DNA of 51,545 nt from an uncultured Alphaproteobacteria bacterium (GCA_965651535.1 CBFGSX010000001.1:1-51545), one strand, 5' to 3'; counted from the stretch's first letter, positions 9,573 to 18,959 are shown. Translations and numbers: made by a program. The notes: generated by a model from the letters alone, not told the origin.

Positions 9573-9656
9573 GCCCCCAGTATCGTCCAGCAGAGGTAAA
9601 TAATTCCATAATGCAAAAGTGGCGGGTAAAGGGGGTGCTTAAATGCTCACACTTCT

Positions 9657-9714
9657 GGGGCCTTCGGACTTGATCCGAAGGCCCATGGATCCTCGGGTCA
9701 AGCCCGAGGAACCC
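9657..9714. repeat. REP doublet (family P2)
   Basis: GGGGCCTTCGGACTTGATCCGAAGGCCC followed by the inverted unit GGATCCTCGGGTCAAGCCCGAGGAACCC. Confidence 0.8.
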
Positions 9715-9760
9715 GGAATAGGGGCAAGACCTTTTATTCGTATCATGCTATCAAAACCCC

Positions 9761-10825
9761 ATGAATTTACACGATCTGACCACCTATGACTACGAATTGC
9801 CGCCCGAGCTGATTGCGGCCTATCCGGTCAGCCCCCGCGATGCGGCGAAGCTTCTCGTCTGGCCGCAAAATGAAGAAAGAATCTTCCGCGATCTGGTGGA
9901 CTATTTCGACAAAGGGGATGTGCTGGTGGTGAATGCCAGCAAGGTTCTGCCCGCGCGTCTTTTCGGTGTGCGTCCTAAAAGAGATACCAATACTCCTGAT
10001 GTCAACATCGAATTGTTGCTGCACACGCCGCGCGGGGATTTTTCCGAATGGGCCGTTTTCGCCAAGCCTGCAAAACGTCTCAAAGAAGGCGACGAGATTA
10101 TTTTTGCGGATGATTTCAAATGCCGTGTGACGGGCCGCGAGGCCGATCAGGTCATCGTGAAATTCCCTTATGACGGCGCGACGACGCAGGCGAAACTCGA
10201 GGCGCACGGCCATGTGCCGCTGCCGCCTTATATCGAGCGTCCCGACGAAGCGATGGACAAAACCGAATACCAGACGGTCTATGCCGATCAATCCGGGTCG
10301 ATCGCGGCACCGACAGCGGGATTGCATTTCACCGAGGAACTGATCCAAAAGCTGAAAGACAAAGGTGTCGCAATTGTCGAGGTTACGCTCCATGTCGGGG
10401 CCGGGACGTTTCTGCCCGTTACGGTCGATGACATCCGTCAGCACAGGATGCATTCGGAATGGGGACAGGTAACGCAAGAGGCGGCGGACACGATCAACGC
10501 AGCAAAAACACGCGGCAACACGATCACCACCGTTGGCACCACGGCAACAAGGCTTGTCGAGAGTGCGGCGCGCAAGACCGGCAAGGTCGAGCCATGGGAA
10601 GGCAAGACGGATATCTTTATCACGCCGGGCTTTGATTTCCGCGTGGCCGACCGGATCGTGACCAATTTTCACATGCCGAAATCCACTTTGCTGATGCTGG
10701 TCTCGGCTTTTCTGGGCGGGGTGGACAGCGCCATGGCGCTTTACCGTCTGGCCATTGAAAAACGCTATCGTTTTTACTCTTACGGCGATGCGTGTTTATT
10801 GACTCGGGGCGGCTCTACCCCCTAA
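9761..10825 (+). CDS. queA: S-adenosylmethionine:tRNA ribosyltransferase-isomerase
   Basis: MNLHDLTTYDYELPPELIAAYP...HFTEELI...FYSYGDA is typical QueA over its full length (354 aa). Confidence 0.95.
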   Translation: MNLHDLTTYDYELPPELIAAYPVSPRDAAKLLVWPQNEERIFRDLVDYFDKGDVLVVNASKVLPARLFGVRPKRDTNTPDVNIELLLHTPRGDFSEWAVFAKPAKRLKEGDEIIFADDFKCRVTGREADQVIVKFPYDGATTQAKLEAHGHVPLPPYIERPDEAMDKTEYQTVYADQSGSIAAPTAGLHFTEELIQKLKDKGVAIVEVTLHVGAGTFLPVTVDDIRQHRMHSEWGQVTQEAADTINAAKTRGNTITTVGTTATRLVESAARKTGKVEPWEGKTDIFITPGFDFRVADRIVTNFHMPKSTLLMLVSAFLGGVDSAMALYRLAIEKRYRFYSYGDACLLTRGGSTP

Positions 10826-10914
10826 TCTGTCATTCCGACCCGCAAGGGGAGGAATCTCCCGCAGAATAAAAAAGATTCCTCGCATAGGCTCGGAATAACA
10901 AAACAGGATAAACC

Positions 10915-12510
10915 ATGACCGTCGATCTCAAGGAACTTATGGCGCTGTGCAAGCGCCGCGGCTTCGTCTTCCAGGCCTCGGAAATCTATGGCGGGATTAA
11001 CGGGTTTTGGGATTACGGCCCGCTCGGCGTGGAGTTGAAGAACAACATCCGCGATGCATGGTGGCGCGCCATGGTGACCTGCCCGCCGATCGGCCCCGAC
11101 GGCCAGCCGGTCGAGATTGTCGGCCTTGATACCTCGATCATCCAGCATCCGAAAAGCTGGGAGGCCTCGGGCCATGTCGGCGGATTTTCCGATCCGATGC
11201 GCAAATGCAAATCCTGCGGCCATTTCATCCGCGAAGATCACCTTTGGGACATCCTGACGACCGAGAGCGAGTGGGTTGCCTCCCTGTTACAGGAGTTTAC
11301 GCCCGGCACGGGCGGGATTGATACGGAACGCCTGATGAAATGGGCGAAGACGAAAGGCAAGAAACTGGCGCCCAATCTGGCACTGGTGAAAAATCCCGAG
11401 GTGACGCTGTCCTTCCTGGCGACGCGCGTAAACGCTCAGCCGGACGCGCCGCCGGACATTGTGGAAATCCTCCGTCATCTGGCAACGGAACAATTGAATG
11501 TCACCGGATTGCAAGAGCCTTGCCCGCGCTGCGGCGGAAATCTGGGGGAATCGACGAATGTTTCGCTGATGTTCGAATCTTATACGGGTATTGAAAAATC
11601 ATCGGCCAGCAAAGTTTATCTGCGCCCCGAGACTTGCGGCCCGATCTTTTTGAATTTCAACAACGTCGTCGACACGGCGCGGGTGAAGATGCCTTTCGGC
11701 ATCGCGCAGATCGGCAAAACCTTTCGCAACGAGGTCACGCCGCGCAATTTCATCTTCCGCTCGCGCGAATTTGAACAGATGGAATTGGAATGGTTCTGTC
11801 ATCCGTCGGAATCGATGAAATGGTTCGAATTCTGGCTGGAACAGCGCAAGGCCTGGTGGAAATCCATCGGCATCGACTCATCGAAATTCTATTACAACGA
11901 AATCGACAAAACCGATCTGGCGCATTATTCCCAGCGCACCGTCGACATCGAATACGAATTTCCCTTCACCTCGCCGGGCCATGGCGAGCTCGAGGGTGTG
12001 GCGCATCGCGGCGATTTCGACCTCACGCAACATGAAAAATTCTCGGGACAAAAAATGTCTTATCGCGATCCGGTGACGAACGACGTGTTCCACCCGCATG
12101 TGATCGAACCGTCCACGGGCCTGACGCGCGCATTCCTGACGGTCATGTGCGACGCCTATACGGTTGACGCGAACCGCCCGTCGGGATTGTTTTTGAAATT
12201 CCACCCGTCCATCGCGCCGAAGAAAGCCGCCATTTTGCCGCTGACGGCCAAGGGCGCGCACCCCGAGATTGCGACCAAGCTCTATCTGGAGCTGCGCCAA
12301 CATTACAACGTCGATCTCGATATCAAACAAAATATCGGCAAGCGCTATGCGCGTCAGGACGAGATTGGCACGCCGTTCTGTTTCACCATCGACGATACGA
12401 CGGAAACGGACGGCACGGTTACCGTGCGCGACCGCGACACGACGCAGCAGGAACGCATCAAGCTGTCGGATGTCAAAGCGTTTCTGGATAAGAAGATTAG
12501 GAATATATAA
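10915..12510 (+). CDS. glyQS: glycine--tRNA ligase, single-chain (alpha2 dimer, GlyQS type)
   Basis: LCKRRGFVFQASEIYGGINGFWDYGPLGVELKNNIRDAWW and class II motifs (FRNEVTPRNFIFRSREFEQMELEWF). 531 aa, with an insertion after the N-terminal motif. Confidence 0.92.
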   Translation: MTVDLKELMALCKRRGFVFQASEIYGGINGFWDYGPLGVELKNNIRDAWWRAMVTCPPIGPDGQPVEIVGLDTSIIQHPKSWEASGHVGGFSDPMRKCKSCGHFIREDHLWDILTTESEWVASLLQEFTPGTGGIDTERLMKWAKTKGKKLAPNLALVKNPEVTLSFLATRVNAQPDAPPDIVEILRHLATEQLNVTGLQEPCPRCGGNLGESTNVSLMFESYTGIEKSSASKVYLRPETCGPIFLNFNNVVDTARVKMPFGIAQIGKTFRNEVTPRNFIFRSREFEQMELEWFCHPSESMKWFEFWLEQRKAWWKSIGIDSSKFYYNEIDKTDLAHYSQRTVDIEYEFPFTSPGHGELEGVAHRGDFDLTQHEKFSGQKMSYRDPVTNDVFHPHVIEPSTGLTRAFLTVMCDAYTVDANRPSGLFLKFHPSIAPKKAAILPLTAKGAHPEIATKLYLELRQHYNVDLDIKQNIGKRYARQDEIGTPFCFTIDDTTETDGTVTVRDRDTTQQERIKLSDVKAFLDKKIRNI

Positions 12511-12560
12511 CCCAGTTATAGCCCTAGGGCTTGTCCCGGGGGCCCATTCTTCGAGGATGT

Positions 12561-12854
12561 GTGAGCGATCGCATTGCCGCCGTTTATATTGTCACCAACA
12601 AGAAAAATGGAACGCTATATATCGGTTCGACAAATGATCTGTATCGCCGCGCGACGGAACACAAGCAGAGCTTGATAAAAGGATTTTCCAAGCAATATGG
12701 TTTAACAAAGCTGGTTTACGCCGAGCCGTGCCCGGATGTCACGACGGCTTTGCTGGCCGAAAGGCGCTATAAAAAATATAAGCGTCAATGGAAGATAAAT
12801 CTGATTGAAAAGATGAATCCAAACTGGGATGATCTGTCGGAAAAACCCTGGTAA
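12561..12854 (+). CDS. small GIY-YIG nuclease-family protein (UPF0213-like), paralog 1
   Basis: AVYIVTNKKNGTLYIGSTNDLYRRATEHK...ERRYKKYKRQWKINLIE. Start uncertain: GTG 12561 is preferred, and the ORF-track start 12531 lies inside a REP. Confidence 0.75.
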   Translation: MSDRIAAVYIVTNKKNGTLYIGSTNDLYRRATEHKQSLIKGFSKQYGLTKLVYAEPCPDVTTALLAERRYKKYKRQWKINLIEKMNPNWDDLSEKPW

Positions 12855-12855
12855 T

Positions 12856-12921
12856 GGGTCCCCGGAACAAGTCCGAAGACCACTGCTTTTTTAATGGCCT
12901 TCGGGCTTGTCCCGGAGGCCC
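12856..12921. repeat. REPIN-like doublet (family P2) abutting the GIY-YIG paralog 1 stop
   Basis: GGGTCCCCGGAACAAGTCCGAAGACC, a 14-nt spacer, then the inverted partner GGCCTTCGGGCTTGTCCCGGAGGCCC. A single related unit lies at 12521-12545 on the other side of the gene. Confidence 0.8.
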
Positions 12922-12940
12922 ATACAACAAGAGGATATAC

Positions 12941-14350
12941 ATGGCACTCACGTTACCGCAGGAAATGCTGATCGACGGGCAGTGGCTGAATGCCGCCGAC
13001 GGGAAAACGATGACCGTCAAAAATCCCGCCAATGACGACGAAATCGGCACGATCCCGCGCGCCTCGGGCAAAGAGGTCGCCGCCGCCATCGAGGCCGCGC
13101 ATGAGGCCTTCCCGAAATGGGCCGATCTGACCGCCTATGAGCGCAGCAAAATTTTGCGCAAATGGTGGGAATTGATTCTGGTGAACAAGGAAAACCTTGC
13201 CCAGATCATGACGCTGGAAAGCGGCAAGCCCGTGCCTGAATCGCGCGCCGAGATCGATTACGCCGCCAGCTTCGTCGAGTTTTTCGCCGAAGAAATCAAG
13301 CGTCCGATGGGCGAGATTATCCCCGCCGCCGTCGCCAACCGTTCCATCCGCACGATTTTACAGCCCGTCGGCGTATGCGGCATGATTACACCGTGGAATT
13401 TCCCAAGCTCGATGGTGACGCGCAAGGCTGCCGCCGCTTTTGCCGCCGGCTGCACCGTTGTCTTGAAGCCCGATCACCGCACGCCGTATTCGGCCACGGC
13501 TTTGGGCGTTCTGGCGCAACAGGCGGGCATGCCGCCGGGTGTCTTTAATATCGTCACGGGGGATGCGGCGGAAATCGGGAAAATTTTCTGCGCCCATCCG
13601 AAAATCGCCAAAATCGGTTTCACCGGCTCGACGCGCGTCGGCAAGATTTTGATGGAACAATCGGCCCCGTTCTTGAAAAAACTCTCGCTGGAACTGGGCG
13701 GCAACGCGCCGTTTATCGTCTGCGACGATGCCGACCTTGATATCGCCGTCGAACAGGCGGTGATCGGCAAGTTTCGCAATGCGGGCCAGTCCTGCGTTTC
13801 GCCCAGTCGTTTTTTCGTCGCGAAAAACCATTACGATGTGTTCCTCAAGGCGCTGGAACCAAAAGTTGCGGCGCTGAAAACCGGCACGGATATCGGGCCA
13901 TTGATCGACACCGCCGCCGTCGCCAAAGTCGATGAACTGGTCCAAGGCTCAATCAAAAAAGGCGCACGCCTCATTATTGGTGGCACATCGAATAAAAATT
14001 TTTACAGTCCAACGCTTCTGGCCGATGTTCCCGCCGATTCACCGATCGAACAAAATGAAATTTTCGGCCCCGTCATGGCGGTGTCGCCCTTCGATAGCGA
14101 CGAACAGGCTTTGCAGCGCGCCAATGCGGTGGATGTGGGCCTTGCGGCCTATGTGTTCACGACCTCGCTTAAACGCGAAAAATTCTTCACCGAAAAACTG
14201 CAATTCGGCATGGTCGGGGTGAATACCGGCATGATGTCCTTTGCAGGAAGCCCTTTCGGCGGCGTCAAAGAATCCGGTTTCGGCCGCGAAGGCGCGCGTC
14301 AAGGTCTCGAGGCCTATCTCGAGACGAAGGCAATCACGGTGCAGAATTAG
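12941..14350 (+). CDS. gabD: NAD(P)+-dependent succinate-semialdehyde dehydrogenase-like aldehyde dehydrogenase
   Basis: ITPWNFPSSMVTRKAAAAFAAGCTVVLKP, SLELGGNAPFIV, FRNAGQSCVS (catalytic Cys) and EIFGPV align along the whole length with GabD-type ALDHs. ATG 12941 follows GAGGA. Confidence 0.85.
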   Translation: MALTLPQEMLIDGQWLNAADGKTMTVKNPANDDEIGTIPRASGKEVAAAIEAAHEAFPKWADLTAYERSKILRKWWELILVNKENLAQIMTLESGKPVPESRAEIDYAASFVEFFAEEIKRPMGEIIPAAVANRSIRTILQPVGVCGMITPWNFPSSMVTRKAAAAFAAGCTVVLKPDHRTPYSATALGVLAQQAGMPPGVFNIVTGDAAEIGKIFCAHPKIAKIGFTGSTRVGKILMEQSAPFLKKLSLELGGNAPFIVCDDADLDIAVEQAVIGKFRNAGQSCVSPSRFFVAKNHYDVFLKALEPKVAALKTGTDIGPLIDTAAVAKVDELVQGSIKKGARLIIGGTSNKNFYSPTLLADVPADSPIEQNEIFGPVMAVSPFDSDEQALQRANAVDVGLAAYVFTTSLKREKFFTEKLQFGMVGVNTGMMSFAGSPFGGVKESGFGREGARQGLEAYLETKAITVQN

Positions 14351-14384
14351 TTTTTACTTGCGCGACCGCTTCGCTACTTGAGCG

Positions 14385-16226
14385 CTACCCGTGCTGCTTT
14401 TCCGGCTGGCGGCGCTGGGTTTCCAGCAGAATATCGCGCGCGATTGGCGCGGCGGCGGTCGATCCGGACTTGCCGTGTTCGACGACGACGGCGCAGGCAT
14501 AGCGCGGGCGCTCCAGCGGCGCATAGCCGACGAACAGCGCATGGTGCTGTTCTTCCCATTTCAGGTCTTCGACCTTGAAGCCGCGGCGGCGTTCCTCCAT
14601 GGAAATGCGGCGCACCTGCGAGGTTCCGGTCTTGCCGCCGAAATCATAACCTTCCTGTTTGATGCGCGCGCCGCGCGCCGTGCCGGTGGGGCCCATGACG
14701 ACGGCGTCCATGCCGGCCTTGATCAACGCCAGATGTTCGGATTTCACATCCATCGGGGTGAGGATTTTTTTCTTGCGGATTTTCTTGTCTCCGATGCGGT
14801 CGGCCAGATAGGGCGTGACGGGAATGCCGCCATTGACCAGACGCGCGGTCATGACCGCCAGCTGCAAAGGCGTGGCCAGCGTGAATCCCTGTCCGATGGC
14901 GTTGACCAGCGATTCCCCCTTGTGCCATTGCTCCTTGCGGTTGAGCAATTTCCACGCCTGGCTGGGGATCAATCCGCCGCGCTCGCCGGGAATGTCGAGG
15001 CCCAGTTTTTCTCCAAGGCCGAATTTTCGCGCGGTCTGGGCGATGCGGTCGATGCCGACATCCAAGGCAAGCTGATAGAAAAACACATCGCAGCTTTGAG
15101 CCAGCGCCTCGTGTAGATTGACGTTCCCATGACCGCCGCGTTTCCAGCAATGGAAGCGATGCGACCCGAGGCTCATATGGCCGGGGCAATAAACGGTGCG
15201 GTGCTGGTTGAGCTTGCCCGCCTCCAGCGCGGCCAGCGCCGTCATCATCGTGAAGGTCGAGCCGGGCGGATATTGCCCCGCAATGATTTTATTCGTCAGC
15301 GGCGCGGCGCTGTCCTCGAGCAACTCGCGCCACAATACGGACGGGATGCCTTGGGAAAACACGTTCGGATCGTAACCCGGATGCGAGCACAAGGCATAGA
15401 TTGCGCCCGTATAGACATCCAGGATGACAGCAGAGGCCGAGCGTTCCTGCGCCAGGCGCGTCTGGGTAAAAAGCTGTAATTCCGCGTCAAGCGTCAGATG
15501 CAGCCCGTTTCCCGGCACGCCCGGATCGTGGCGCAGCACGCGCACGGTGCGGCCCGTGGCGTTGACCTCGCGCTCGGCGCGCCCGGCCACGCCGCGCAAG
15601 CCGGAATCGTATTGCTGTTCAAGGCCCAGCTTGCCGATCTGGAATCCCGGCACCGTCATCAGCGGGTCGGGATCGGCGGCGACTTCTTTTTCGTTGGGAA
15701 TGCCGACATAGCCGATCACGTGCGCGGTTGCGTCGCGCAGCGGATAGGAACGCATCTTGCCTTCTTCGATGAAGACGCCGGGAAGGTGCGGCAGCGACAC
15801 CTCGATGGCGGCCATCTGCTCCCAGGTAAGGTTCCCTTGGATCAGCACGGGCAGGAACTTGTGCTGGCGCTTGAGGTCGCGCAAAATGCGCTTGCGCCGC
15901 TCGGGCGAAAGCGGCACGACGCGGTCGATCTTCTGCAGCGTCTCCATGACGTCCGGCGTGCGCTCCTCGATCATCAACAGGCGGAAATCCTGTATGTTGA
16001 CGGCCAGCGGCACATCGAAGCGATCAAAGACGACGCCGCGCTCGGGAACGACCAGCGACATATTGATACGATTTTTTTCGGCCAGCGTGACGTATTTCTC
16101 GCGTTCCAGAACCTGGAGCTGGAACATCCGCCCGGCGATGATGCCCGCCAGCCCCAGCTTGACGCCGCCGACGACCAGCGCGCGGCGCGTGAAGACCCGT
16201 TCCTGTTCGCGCTCGAATTTGCTCAC
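14385..16226 (-). CDS. mrdA: penicillin-binding protein 2 (elongasome transpeptidase), with an atypical STFT in place of SxxK
   Basis: PBP dimerisation and transpeptidase domains with SCD and KTGTSQ motifs. GTG start at 16226 forms a GTGA overlap with the mreD stop. The ORF-track 740-aa form is an upstream extension across mreD. Confidence 0.9.
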   Translation of the reverse strand: MSKFEREQERVFTRRALVVGGVKLGLAGIIAGRMFQLQVLEREKYVTLAEKNRINMSLVVPERGVVFDRFDVPLAVNIQDFRLLMIEERTPDVMETLQKIDRVVPLSPERRKRILRDLKRQHKFLPVLIQGNLTWEQMAAIEVSLPHLPGVFIEEGKMRSYPLRDATAHVIGYVGIPNEKEVAADPDPLMTVPGFQIGKLGLEQQYDSGLRGVAGRAEREVNATGRTVRVLRHDPGVPGNGLHLTLDAELQLFTQTRLAQERSASAVILDVYTGAIYALCSHPGYDPNVFSQGIPSVLWRELLEDSAAPLTNKIIAGQYPPGSTFTMMTALAALEAGKLNQHRTVYCPGHMSLGSHRFHCWKRGGHGNVNLHEALAQSCDVFFYQLALDVGIDRIAQTARKFGLGEKLGLDIPGERGGLIPSQAWKLLNRKEQWHKGESLVNAIGQGFTLATPLQLAVMTARLVNGGIPVTPYLADRIGDKKIRKKKILTPMDVKSEHLALIKAGMDAVVMGPTGTARGARIKQEGYDFGGKTGTSQVRRISMEERRRGFKVEDLKWEEQHHALFVGYAPLERPRYACAVVVEHGKSGSTAAAPIARDILLETQRRQPEKQHG

Positions 16227-16765
16227 GGCTCCATTCCCCGTTCGTCGAACAGGTCGATCAGCGACTCGATGCTGTTGAGAACGATCAGGATCAGCGGCAT
16301 CAGCGCCCAGGCCAGGCCGACGCTGAAAATCCCGCGCCAGAATGGCATGACGATTTGTCCGCCTGCGAACAGGGTGAGGATTCCCCACAACAGCATATAG
16401 GTGCCACCCGCCAGCAGGAAAAACGCCGCCCACAAGACCCAGAAGCCTTGCCCCATCAGGAAGCGGCGTTCCTTGAGCAGCAAGGTCTGCGCCAGCACGA
16501 AGACGAAGGCGTGCACGCCCAAAGGCGTCATCAGGAGAATATCCGTGACGAGGCCGAGAAAGAACGTCATCAACGGCGGCAGGTCGCGCGGCCGCACCAG
16601 CGTCCAATAGGAAACGGCGATCAGCGGCGCCAGGCCGCCCAGCTTTGCGCCGATGGGAAGGCCGATAGGCAGGGTGGTCAACAGCACGAGAAAGAACACC
16701 GTCAGCGGCACGAGCGCGTCGAAAAAAAGATTGGTCAGCGCGTGGCCCCAGCTTGTGTCACTCAT
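16223..16765 (-). CDS. mreD: rod shape-determining protein MreD
   Basis: 180-aa polytopic membrane protein between mreC and mrdA. Overlaps the mreC stop (8 nt) and the mrdA start (4 nt). Confidence 0.8.
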   Translation of the reverse strand: MSDTSWGHALTNLFFDALVPLTVFFLVLLTTLPIGLPIGAKLGGLAPLIAVSYWTLVRPRDLPPLMTFFLGLVTDILLMTPLGVHAFVFVLAQTLLLKERRFLMGQGFWVLWAAFFLLAGGTYMLLWGILTLFAGGQIVMPFWRGIFSVGLAWALMPLILIVLNSIESLIDLFDERGMEP

Positions 16766-17645
16766 CCGCCAACCTCCTGTCGGCGCGGCTCAACAGAGTC
16801 GATCGGCCAAAATTGATGAGCTGGAGATAGTCCAGACGGCGCATATCGGCGAAGGGGCGGACGCGGATATCACCCGGCGTATTCGAGACGATCACGCCGA
16901 CGGGCAGGCCCGGCGCGAAGATTCCGCCATAGCCGCTGGTCAGAACGCGCTCGCCGATCGTGACGGCGGCATCGTCGGGAAGATAAAGAAAACGTGGGTG
17001 TTTCGTGTTGTCGCCGACCAGCATCCCGCGATGGCGCGAGTTCTCGATCACGACAGGGATGCGGCTGTTGACGTCCGTCATCAGCGTGACGTTCGAGGTT
17101 TTCGCCGCTACCGCCATGACGCGCCCGACCAGACCTTGCCCGGTCATGGCGACGCTGTCGGCGATGACACCTTGTTTTTCTCCGGCATCGACAAGAACGG
17201 CCTGCGAAAAACCGGTGCCGCTTTCGGCGATGACGCGTGCGGTGGCAAAACTCTGGCGCGGCAGATCGGCCAGTTTGACAAGGCTGCGCAAGGATGCGTT
17301 CTCGGCTTCAAGTTGTCGTGCACGGTCATACCATTGCTTGAGCTTGGCGTTCTCCTCGCGCAGGCGCGACACATCGGACGCCATATCCGACAATCCGGTC
17401 ATGTGTTCGAAGAGCTGCGCCATTTTTTGTGTCGGGGCAGAAATGGCGGCCAGCGCCAGATGCAGCTGATCGAGCAGGGTAATGCGCGTTTCCTCGGCGG
17501 CCTTGGGTGCGGCGGCAGAAAAGATCATCAGCGCCGCGGCGAAAAACATCAGCATCATGGCAAAGCCGCGTCGGCTGAGGATGCGGCGGGGAATCTGGAT
17601 CCAAAAGGCGCGCTTGGCGGCGCGCTGGTGACGCGGAGGCAACAT
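16758..17645 (-). CDS. mreC: rod shape-determining protein MreC
   Basis: N-terminal TM, coiled coil (LREENAKLKQW...LEAENASLR), then beta domain (VIAESGTGFSQAVLVDAGEKQGV...LTSGYGGIFAPGLPVGVI). ATG 17645 chosen as start. Confidence 0.85.
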   Translation of the reverse strand: MLPPRHQRAAKRAFWIQIPRRILSRRGFAMMLMFFAAALMIFSAAAPKAAEETRITLLDQLHLALAAISAPTQKMAQLFEHMTGLSDMASDVSRLREENAKLKQWYDRARQLEAENASLRSLVKLADLPRQSFATARVIAESGTGFSQAVLVDAGEKQGVIADSVAMTGQGLVGRVMAVAAKTSNVTLMTDVNSRIPVVIENSRHRGMLVGDNTKHPRFLYLPDDAAVTIGERVLTSGYGGIFAPGLPVGVIVSNTPGDIRVRPFADMRRLDYLQLINFGRSTLLSRADRRLADE

Positions 17646-17760
17646 ATTAACCGTTATAACCTGTTCGATTCGGCTTGTCTTGGGGATTGTTGAGTGTTGA
17701 CATAAGAACCACCTTGTGTGTAAAAGAAAGACCCCGCTCTCGTCGCGAAAGGAATACCCC

Positions 17761-18342
17761 ATGCCGGAACAGAAAAAAACGCAAGACAATGCACGCCAGA
17801 CAATGTCCCCACCGCCGACGCATTGGACGCGTCGCGTCAGCAATTTTTTTCAAAACAGCATGACTGTGTCGGCTCTATCGGCAGGCTTTACCGTTGCGGG
17901 TTTTTATTTTGGGTCTCAAGTGATGGAGAAAACTGCCGAGATCGAGATGAATACACTTCAGGAAAATATCCGTCTGGTCACCGAGCGCGCGCATCGGGAC
18001 TCGCCGGGCGGGGATTCTCTTTTTGTGCATGACCGGAATGATTTCACCTATTTGGCCCCGGGGATGACCCTTGCGCAGGAAAAGAAAAAGGCCCTGCGGG
18101 ATGTCGTCGATGAAATGATCGAGCATCGCCGTGAAGAATCCGACAGATCAGTCTGGTTTGATCTTTTCCGTTTCGCGGCGCTTGGAATTGGTCTGGGCTA
18201 TGGCGCCAGCCGTACGCTTGCCCATCCGTTCGCACGCGCGGCACAAAGAAAAGAATATGAAGGGAAAGGCAAATGGGACATCAATTACGACACGCGGCGA
18301 CGCTTTCCAGATATCCACATCTATCCGTCGCAATTCCGGTAG
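17761..18342 (+). CDS. hypothetical membrane protein (193 aa)
   Basis: ATG 17761. Two hydrophobic segments (VSALSAGFTVAGFYFGS, FAALGIGLGYGA). Lies on the opposite strand between mreC and mreB. Confidence 0.4.
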   Translation: MPEQKKTQDNARQTMSPPPTHWTRRVSNFFQNSMTVSALSAGFTVAGFYFGSQVMEKTAEIEMNTLQENIRLVTERAHRDSPGGDSLFVHDRNDFTYLAPGMTLAQEKKKALRDVVDEMIEHRREESDRSVWFDLFRFAALGIGLGYGASRTLAHPFARAAQRKEYEGKGKWDINYDTRRRFPDIHIYPSQFR

Positions 18343-18371
18343 TGTAGCAGTTTGAGAATCTTCTACTCTCT

Positions 18372-18444
18372 GGGGCCTTCGGGCTTGACCCGAAGGTCCA
18401 TTCTTTCGGTGCTATGGACCCTCGGATCGGGGTCCGAGGGACCC
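18372..18444. repeat. REP doublet (family P2)
   Basis: GGGGCCTTCGGGCTTGACCCGAAGGTCC ... GGACCCTCGGATCGGGGTCCGAGGGACCC. Confidence 0.75.
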
Positions 18445-18520
18445 AGAACGGAGGAAACTGCGACACGACCGCAATTCCGGCATGATTGACGGCGTGGCGG
18501 CCCGGCCCTAGGATGCTCTC

Positions 18521-18847
18521 ATGCGTCTGGCCGTTTTTTCTTTGATTTTTTTCTGCGTTTCCGTTGCTGCGGCTCAGGATATCGTCAAGCCCTGCGATTT
18601 AATACTGCCGGACGGGCAGGTGAACTCCATCCTGTTGATGCGCACCGACCCCGAAGGTTTTTTCGATCTGTCCTGCCGCATGGATGAAAAAAATTGCCTG
18701 CCGCTTCGGCCCGACCGCTATTGGGAGGAAACCGTGCGCGTGAAACTGCGCGAGGCGGGATGCTCCATGGATCTGATCCAAAAGGAACTGCCCGGCATTC
18801 TGGCCGGGCATTGCAAGATGGGGATTAAGCCCGCCTGTTCCAACTAG
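18521..18847 (+). CDS. small secreted Cys-rich hypothetical protein (108 aa)
   Basis: Signal peptide MRLAVFSLIFFCVSVAAAQD. Six further Cys residues. No domain recognised. Confidence 0.5.
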   Translation: MRLAVFSLIFFCVSVAAAQDIVKPCDLILPDGQVNSILLMRTDPEGFFDLSCRMDEKNCLPLRPDRYWEETVRVKLREAGCSMDLIQKELPGILAGHCKMGIKPACSN

Positions 18848-18959
18848 CGTCATTCCCGCGGACGCGGGAATCCAGCTTTCTTGTTATGGTGCTTCGCTTC
18901 ATTTGACCGGTTCCCCGTTCGCGTGCTGGCTTCGCTGCGCACGGCCGGGGATGACAGGT

